A stretch of DNA of 64,000 nucleotides, from positions 96,001 through 160,000 of the forward strand of contig CAVYYI010000003.1 in NCBI GenBank assembly GCA_963772725.1. The letters run 5' to 3'. Positions 56,792 through 64,000 of this stretch are shown here, one piece after another. The notes under the pieces were generated by a model that had not been told where the DNA came from, made no database searches, and saw nothing but the letters and a program-made list of their open reading frames with translations. Every line of letters begins with the position of its first letter. The first letter of the stretch is position 1. The stretch is from an uncultured Phycisphaerales bacterium. Lineage in GTDB: Bacteria > Planctomycetota > Phycisphaerae > Sedimentisphaerales > Anaerobacaceae. The translations under genes were made by a program, and so were the position numbers.

Positions 56792-58867
56792 TTAAGGCAA
56801 AATCTTTTCCACAAGCTGCGCAGGCACCTTTTCATAGTCCAAAGGCTCCATTGTAAAGCTTCCACGCCCCCCAGTTGCGCTGCGGATTTCACCGGAATAG
56901 CCGAACATTTCCACCAACGGCACCCTTGCGTCAATAACTATCATGTTGCCGTGACTCCGCGTATCCGTTATTAAACCGCGTTTTCCAAGTAAATTCCCCT
57001 GAACCACACCAAAAAATGACTCCGGTACGATTACCTGAACCTTCATAATCGGTTCAAGCAAAACAGGTTTGGCTTTTCTCAGAACTTCCGCCACCCCTAT
57101 CACCGCCGCCTGTTCAAAAGCTATATCCGAAGAATCCACCGGATGATACGAGCCGTCTATCAGCGATATTTTAACACCTATAACAGGGTAGCCCGCCAAT
57201 GCACCGCTGCTCAAAGCCTCGTGAACGCCTCTTTCTACAGAAGGTATGTATTCCTTAGGTATAACACCGCCGATAATTTTATTTTCAAATTCAACTTCCT
57301 TGCTCCAAAGGCCGTTTTCAGTCAACAATGGCTCAACCGTCAAAACCACATCCCCAAACTGGCCATGACCGCCCGTCTGACGTACAAATTTGCCCCGCGC
57401 CTCCGCGGTACCGCTGATTGTTTCCTTATATGCGACCTTTGGCTTACCCACGCGTACGTCAACTCTTTTTTCGCGAATCAGTTTATGCTGCAGTATTTCC
57501 AAGTGAAGCTCGCCCATCCCGCTTATAATTGTCTGGCCTGTCTCAGAATCAAATTTGCACTCAAATGTCGGGTCCTCACGTTTCAGGTCGCCAAGCGCTT
57601 CGGACAGTTTCGCCTTGTCCGCGGCAGTTACCGGTTCAATTGACATACTTATAACAGGTTCCGGGAATGTTATGCTCGGCAGACATACAGGATGCTTTGG
57701 CTCGCAAATAGTATCACCTGTAAGTGTTTCTTTAAGACCTACAACTGCGACAATATCGCCCGCACTGGCGGAATCTATGATTTGACGCTCATTGGCGTGC
57801 ATCTCAAATATACGCGTAATATTTTCACGCTTGCTCCGGGTTGCGTCCAGAACTCTGCTGCCCGATTTCAGCGTACCCTGATATATCCTCAGGTAATTCA
57901 AATCACCGTGAGCATCGCTGGTAATTTTAAATACAAGCGCAACCATACTGCCATTCGGGTCGCACTTAACCGTTATCTTCTTTTCCTTATCTCCGGGTTT
58001 ATGACCAATTATCTCATCCTTATCCAGCGGTGACGGCAAATATTCCACAACACCATCCAGCAGCATTTGTATGCCCACGTTTCGCAGTGCCGACCCTACA
58101 AAAACAGGGTTCAGCTTATTTTGCATCGTTCCTTTCCTCACGGCCCTTTTAATAATTTCTTCCCCTATCGGCTCATTATGAACGTAAAGATTCATCATTT
58201 CCTCATCATATTCAGCCGCAAGTTCAAGCATATCATGCCTGTACTGTTTTGCCCTTTCGAGTAGTTCAGAAGGAATTTCAACTTCCTCAAAATTCTTTCC
58301 CAGCGTTTCAGTATTAAAATAAATCGCCTTCATCTTAATCAGGTCTATCAGCCCCTCAAACGTAGTGTCCTCTCCTATCGGTATCTGCATTACTATGGGA
58401 TTTGCCACAAGTTTTTCGTTGATGCTTTGCATGCTCATTTCAAAATTAGCGCCCATCTTGTCCATTTTGTTAAGAAAGCAAAGACACGGCAATCCGTACT
58501 TCTGTCCCTGACGCCAGACTGTCTCGCTCTGCGCCTGTACGCCTTCGCTGCCGTCAAATACCGCCACTGCTCCGTCAAGAACACGGAGAGACCTTTCGAC
58601 TTCCGCTGTAAAATCAATATGCCCCGGCGTATCAATAAGGTTAATCTCATATTCTTTCCACGGACATTTTATTGCCGCTGAAGTAATTGTAATACCCCTT
58701 TTCTGCTCTTCTTCAAGATAATCCATCACCGCCGTGCCATCATGCACCTCGCCCATCTTATAAGTTAAACCAGTATAATAAAGTACGCGCTCGCTTACAG
58801 TCGTCTTACCCGCGTCGATATGCGCCATAATCCCGATATTTCTCAATTTTGACAAATCAACCGCCAT
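56792..58867 (-). CDS. fusA: Elongation factor G
   Basis: RNIGIMAHIDAGKTT, RGITI, DTPGH, NKMD, GMGELHL, RQTGGHGQFG, SYHPVDSS. Confidence 0.98.
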   Translation of the reverse strand: MAVDLSKLRNIGIMAHIDAGKTTVSERVLYYTGLTYKMGEVHDGTAVMDYLEEEQKRGITITSAAIKCPWKEYEINLIDTPGHIDFTAEVERSLRVLDGAVAVFDGSEGVQAQSETVWRQGQKYGLPCLCFLNKMDKMGANFEMSMQSINEKLVANPIVMQIPIGEDTTFEGLIDLIKMKAIYFNTETLGKNFEEVEIPSELLERAKQYRHDMLELAAEYDEEMMNLYVHNEPIGEEIIKRAVRKGTMQNKLNPVFVGSALRNVGIQMLLDGVVEYLPSPLDKDEIIGHKPGDKEKKITVKCDPNGSMVALVFKITSDAHGDLNYLRIYQGTLKSGSRVLDATRSKRENITRIFEMHANERQIIDSASAGDIVAVVGLKETLTGDTICEPKHPVCLPSITFPEPVISMSIEPVTAADKAKLSEALGDLKREDPTFECKFDSETGQTIISGMGELHLEILQHKLIREKRVDVRVGKPKVAYKETISGTAEARGKFVRQTGGHGQFGDVVLTVEPLLTENGLWSKEVEFENKIIGGVIPKEYIPSVERGVHEALSSGALAGYPVIGVKISLIDGSYHPVDSSDIAFEQAAVIGVAEVLRKAKPVLLEPIMKVQVIVPESFFGVVQGNLLGKRGLITDTRSHGNMIVIDARVPLVEMFGYSGEIRSATGGRGSFTMEPLDYEKVPAQLVEKILP

Positions 58868-59009
58868 TAAAATTCCTTTTCTTTACATTAAAAATAACAT
58901 CCCGACGAAGTCGGAATTCCGTCTGCGGTGAGCCTGTCGAACCGCAATTTCGCATTTTAAACTTTGATTTTTGAACTCTCAAACTGACTATCGGTCAGTT
59001 TGATTAAAT

Positions 59010-59052
59010 AAAAAAACTGCCACAGATATTTGCTAAAAAACACTGTGGCAGT
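59010..59052 (-). terminator. Terminator-like hairpin between rpsG and fusA
   Basis: ACTGCCACAG...CTGTGGCAGT 10-bp stem with adjacent A-run (U-tract on minus strand). Confidence 0.65.
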
Positions 59053-59066
59053 CATAAAACAAACAA

Positions 59067-59540
59067 TTACCACGCAAAGTGGGCAAACGCCTTATTCGCC
59101 TCGGCCATCTTATGGATATTTTCCCGTGTTGTCATCGCTCCGCCGTTACCGTTATAAGCGTCAATCAGCTCAGCCGCCAGCCTGTCACTCATCGGCTTGC
59201 CTTTTTTGCCCCTGGCGGAAAGCAGTATCCACCGAAATGCCAGCGACTGCTGACGTTTCGCGTTTACCTGCATCGGAACCTGGTAACTTGCTCCACCGAC
59301 ACGCTTGCTGCGAACCTCGATCATCGGCTTAACATTATTTATTGCCTTTTCAAACACCTCAAGGGGAGCCGTATCTTTAATCTTCTCCGACACAACATCC
59401 ATCGCATCATAAAAAACCTTTTGAGCGATGCTCTTTTTGCCCTGTTCCATCAGACAATTTATAAACTTCGATACCAGCTTACTATTGTAAACATGGTCGG
59501 GCTTAAGCTGTTTTTCCGATGCAGTAAACTTTTTTGCCAT
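59067..59540 (-). CDS. rpsG: 30S ribosomal protein S7
   Basis: GKKSIAQ, EVRSKRVGGASYQVP, HKMAEANKAFAHFAW. Confidence 0.98.
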   Translation of the reverse strand: MAKKFTASEKQLKPDHVYNSKLVSKFINCLMEQGKKSIAQKVFYDAMDVVSEKIKDTAPLEVFEKAINNVKPMIEVRSKRVGGASYQVPMQVNAKRQQSLAFRWILLSARGKKGKPMSDRLAAELIDAYNGNGGAMTTRENIHKMAEANKAFAHFAW

Positions 59541-59597
59541 TATCTTTCCTCGTTATACTTCCTTTACTCTTATCTTCTATCGTATCTGAATCAATCT

Positions 59598-59969
59598 TTA
59601 TTTCGCCGTTTTTGCTCCGTACTTGCTTCTGCCCTGCTTGCGATTAGCCACACCGGCGCAGTCAAGAACGCCGCGAATTATGTGATAACGAACGCCCGGC
59701 AAATCACGCACACGACCGCCGCGAATCATCACCGTGCTGTGTTCCTGCAGATTATGGTCGATTCCGGGTATATACGCCGTTACTTCCTTGCCGTTGGTTA
59801 ATCTCACACGAGCGATTTTACGTAATGCCGAGTTAGGCTTCTTAGGGGTCTGTGTCCTGACTATCAGGCACACGCCTCTCTTTTGCGGCGAACCGCTGAT
59901 ATCTGAAACACGCTTGGTACCTTTCGCTTTGCCTCTCGGCTTTTTTACAAACTGATTAATAGTTGCCAT
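59598..59969 (-). CDS. rpsL: 30S ribosomal protein S12
   Basis: [31 protein letters not shown]. Confidence 0.98.
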   Translation of the reverse strand: MATINQFVKKPRGKAKGTKRVSDISGSPQKRGVCLIVRTQTPKKPNSALRKIARVRLTNGKEVTAYIPGIDHNLQEHSTVMIRGGRVRDLPGVRYHIIRGVLDCAGVANRKQGRSKYGAKTAK

Positions 59970-59993
59970 AATTCTCTTTCAATCTCACTTAAT

Positions 59994-62900
59994 TTATATT
60001 TGTTCTATTCCCAAAGCTTCCTTAATAGCCGCCTCAGCTTTGGCTTCTGCTTCCTTAACTTCCTTTATTTCTTCCAGAACTTTCGGCACTGGTGCCTCTG
60101 CAAGATGTTTCACTCTCGTTTCAAGATAACGCCTGAATCCTGTGCCTGCGGGAATCAAATGACCCAGTATCACGTTCTCCTTTAAACCGACAAGTTCATC
60201 TACTCTACCAGCTAACGCCGCCTGAGTCAAGACCTTAGTTGTTTCCTGGAAGCTCGCCGCCGCTATGAAACTTTCCGAGCGAAGCGACGCCTTGGTAATT
60301 CCCAACAGCAGCGTCTTGGCTGTTGCGGGCTTTGCCCTGGCACCTTTTGCACCGGTACCACCTATCAGTTCCACCTTATCGTTGATTTTGGCCAGTTCTT
60401 CCTTGGTTACAAGCTGACCTTCCTTTAAATCAACCGCGTCACCGGGTTTACTTATCCTGATACAGCCGGCAAGTCTTTCATTTTCTTTGCGGAAAATAAA
60501 TTTATCCACTACTTCGCCGGGAAGAAACGAACTGTCGCCCACAGATTCAATCTCAACCTTGTGCATCATCTGAGAGCAGATAATCTCTATGTGCTTGTCA
60601 TTTATACCAACGTTCTGAGAACGATATACATTTTGAATTTCACTTATCAGATACCGCTGAAGCGCCTCTTCACCTTTGATTCTCAATATATCGTGTGGAA
60701 TCAGCGGACCGTCCGTCAACGCGTCGCCAGCTTCCACCATATCGCCGGTGTGGACATTAAGATGCCTATCCCTGAGAACGTGGTGTCCTTTTCCATTCCG
60801 CTTTCGCCGCGAACGATAATAGTCATTTTGCCCTTGCGCTTGTCGCTGCGCAATTCAACGCGGCCGCTGATTTCCGCCATCGCCGCCGGGTCCTTGGGCT
60901 TGCGAGCCTCGAACACTTCCGTAACTCTCGGCAAACCGCCCGTAATATCCTGTGTGCCGCCCGTCTCTCGCGGCTGATGCGCAAGAAGCTGACCGGCCTT
61001 AACTTTGTCGCCTTCCTTTATCTCTACTCTCGCGCCGGCGGGCAGATAATGAACATCGAGTATCTTGCCGTCCGCGTCTTCTACAATTATCTGTGGATGC
61101 TTATCGCCCTTGTGTTCTATCACAACCAGCTTGCCGACATGGCCTTTCCGTTCCTCTTCGAACCGAACGGTTTCACCTTCCAGAATATCAACGAAACGGG
61201 CAGTTCCCCCAACCTCTGCCAGAATCGGCGTCCGGTGCGGGTCCCAGTTAAACAGTTTTTGTCCTTGCGATACTTCCTCACTATTATCAACCTGCATGGC
61301 CGCACCGTAAGGAACCTTGTATTTTTCAAGCTCTCGCCCTTTTTCGTCCACTAATACCAGTTCGCCGCTGCGCTTCAGTACGATACCCTTTGATGGGGAA
61401 TCCCCTGTCGGGTCTTCGACAACGCCAAGATTTCGATATTCAACTTTACCTTTGGAGTCGGCTTTCTGGTCGCTTTCGAGAATCGCTCTCGACGCTACAC
61501 CGCCCGTATGGAACGTCCGCAATGTCAACTGAGTACCAGGCTCACCAATTGACTGGGCACCGATAATACCTACCGCCATACCTTCCTCAACAAGCTCCTT
61601 GGTGCTCAAATCCCAGCCGTAACATTTCGCGCAGACGCCAAACGGACTATCGCACGTCAGCGGGCTTCGCACGCGTACCGCGTCAAGACCCAATACCTCG
61701 ATTTTCTTCGCTATTTCCGGCGTTATAATCTCGTTTTCCTTGACTATCATTTCATCCGTAATCGGGTTGCGGATATTGTCTCTCGCTGTCCTTCCGACTA
61801 TAAGTTCAGAAAGAGGTACTTCCGCCTGCTCGCCGCCGCTGACCACACTCTTGGTAATACCCTGCAGCGTCCCGCAATCACGTTCGCTTATAATTACGTT
61901 CTGCGAAACATCTATCAGTTTGCGGGTAAGATAACCCGAGTTAGCCGTCTTCAAGGCCGTATCCGCCAACCCTTTACGGGCGCCGTGAGTCGAACTGAAA
62001 TACTCGAGAACCGTCATTCCCTCGCGGAAATTGGATTTAATAGGCGTCTCAATAATTTCACCGCCGGGCTTGGCCATCAGTGCACGCATACCAGCGAGCT
62101 GCTGAATCTGGTCAACGCTGCCTCTCGCACCGGAATCCGTCATAAGAAATATCGGGTTCAGATACTCCCTTATATTGAACCTTGGAGAAGATCTGCCTGT
62201 AGCAGAATATTTGCGCATCAGCTTGTTTTTAACTAATTTTAATTCATTCAATTCGAGACCTTTTGAAATTGGAACAAAATTAAATTCTAATCGTTTTTTG
62301 ATATACTCTATCGCTCCATGGTCATCCGTTTTCTCTAATTTCCTTATAGCTTTATACAAACTATTATCTTTGTTCTGAACACAGTCCTTAAGCCGCCCCG
62401 CAACACCATCCTGTCGTACATAAGCATATCCAATGTTTTCTATACGTTCTGGTTTTTCTTTATCTCTAAAAAAGTATATTCCTGGTTCATAGAATTCTTT
62501 CCCCCGTTCTTTTGGGGCAACACTGGGATCTGAATACCACGGGCCCGACTTAATTTTGTCACAGCATTCCTTAAAATATTCATCTATATTTTCACTTGTG
62601 GCATCTTGCACACCCTCAGAGTCATCCTGGTCATCTGCCTTCAGGCCTCGCACCATTTCATTCGTAACTGCCACGCGGGCGTGAGTCCACGCGTCAACGA
62701 CCTGGTTATATCTTTCGCCTTCGGTCAAAACGCCCATCTGGTAGTTTTTATAGATTTTCTTAACCTTCTTTTCAGTCTCGTCTATAATTTCCTGCTTCTT
62801 TGCCGGTATTTTAAGGTCGGTAAGTCCGAAACTAAGACCCGCAAGCGTCGCGTACTTAAAGCCCAAATCCTTAATCCTGTCAAGCAAATCCACAGTTTCA

Positions 62901-64000
62901 GCCGTACCGGCAATCGCCGACGTATCGCTTATAACTTTTCCCAACGTCTTTTTGGACATCGTTATGTTGTAAAACGGCATCTTCGGGGAAAGTATATCGT
63001 TGAATATGCACCTGCCAACCGTTGTCTCAATTATCTGATAAGGCTTATCTTTATAGGCTTCCTTGCGAGGCTCGCCGGCAACTTCTTTATCTATCTTTAC
63101 CTTAACTTTTGCCTGAATATAAACTTTACCCGTTTCGTAAGCCATTATAGCCTCGAACGGATTGGCAAACGCCATTCCGCAACCCTTTTCCTCCTCATTG
63201 ATGCTCATGTGCGTCAGGTAATAATTGCCCATCACCATATCCTGAGAAGGGCCAACCATCGGTGAGCCATTCGATGGCGAAAAGATATTGCCCGTTGTCA
63301 TCATCAGCGTATGAGCTTCCGCCTGCGCCTCGATACTCAGCGGCAAATGAACAGCCATCTGGTCGCCGTCGAAGTCCGCGTTAAAACCTCTGCACGCCAG
63401 CGGATGAAGCATAATGGCGTTACCTTCGACGAGTATCGGCTCAAACGCCTGAACGCCCATTCTGTGCAGCGTCGGTGCGCGGTTTAACAAAACCGGATGC
63501 TGATAAATCGCCTCTTCGAGAATATCCCAGATATGCTCCTCACGCCGCTCTATCATTCTTTTAGCGCTCTTAATCGTATCGGCGTAACCCTGCTGTTTAA
63601 GTTTCCTGATAATAAACGGTTGATACAATTCCAGCGCTATCCTCTTCGGCAACCCGCACTGATTAAGTTTCAGGTTAGGACCGACTACAATTACGGAACG
63701 CGCTGAATAATCAACACGCTTGCCAAGCAGGTTCTCTCTGAACCGACCCTGCTTGCCTCTTATCATATCCGTAAGACTCTTCAAAGGCCTGTTGTTGCTC
63801 CCAAGAACAGGTCTGCGGCAGCTGCCATTATCGAACAATGAATCTACCGCCTGCTGAAGCATTCGTTTTTCATTACGAATAATTACTTCCGGCGCATTTA
63901 GATCGATAAGTTTTTTCAACCGGTTATTGCGATTGATAATTCGCCTGTAAAGGTCATTCAAGTCGCTTGTCGCGAAATTTCCGCTCTCTAACAGCACCAG
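59994..64000 (-). CDS. rpoC: RNA polymerase beta-prime subunit (5' end outside window; frameshift near 60780; in-frame insertion ~62168-62610)
   Basis: [25 protein letters not shown] catalytic motif, bridge helix [39 protein letters not shown]. Confidence 0.98.

Noticed and set aside
62168..62610. rpoC insert interpreted as an intein or self-splicing intron
   Set aside because: No recognisable Hint blocks or His-Asn followed by Cys/Ser/Thr at the junction, and the whole ~440 nt is open reading frame with no room for a ribozyme core.
1103..63706. Numerous antisense or overlapping ORFs in the six-frame track (e.g. 51752-52429, 59079-59801, 62606-63265)
   Set aside because: They are shadows of conserved genes on the opposite strand with no recognisable motifs.
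1..64000. CRISPR arrays, IS elements, integrases or a prophage at the tRNA
   Set aside because: No regularly spaced repeats, no transposase or integrase ORFs and no duplicated tRNA 3' end were seen.

Overview
Core-chromosome segment of a bacterium. Gene content and protein signatures suggest Planctomycetota, probably Phycisphaerae/Sedimentisphaerales (inference: no tuf after fusA, no rpmD, split coaC/coaB, dockerin-like secreted protein). From left to right it holds redoxins, carB, a tmk-holB-ricT-metG operon, an ECF sigma/anti-sigma pair, a type IV pilus/T2SS-like cluster (pilMNO, pilB, pilT, pilC, two pilins), a U32 protein, a secreted beta-helix/dockerin-like protein, comEC, an OmpA/MotB protein, pilD, a pheA-tpiA-secG-yicC-gmk-rpoZ-coaC-coaB run, ogt, an ABC-F, a short rho, initiator tRNA-Met, a HIT protein, the alpha/spc/S10/str ribosomal clusters and most of rpoC. 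Many essential genes are split by 1-nt indels, densest at about 40-52 kb, which I read as assembly errors; coordinates of split genes are approximate. The most unusual observations are: (1) an AT-rich ~150-aa GIY-YIG-like domain inserted in frame in RNA polymerase beta-prime with no intein motifs; (2) an XRE-type helix-turn-helix domain apparently fused to the N-terminus of ribosomal protein L22; (3) a ~400-nt structured leader ahead of the S10 operon; (4) a secreted protein with a compositionally foreign core between host-like ends; (5) an intergenic scar containing fragments of a type III PKS and a pectate-lyase-like gene. No CRISPR array, rRNA, transposase or integrase was seen.
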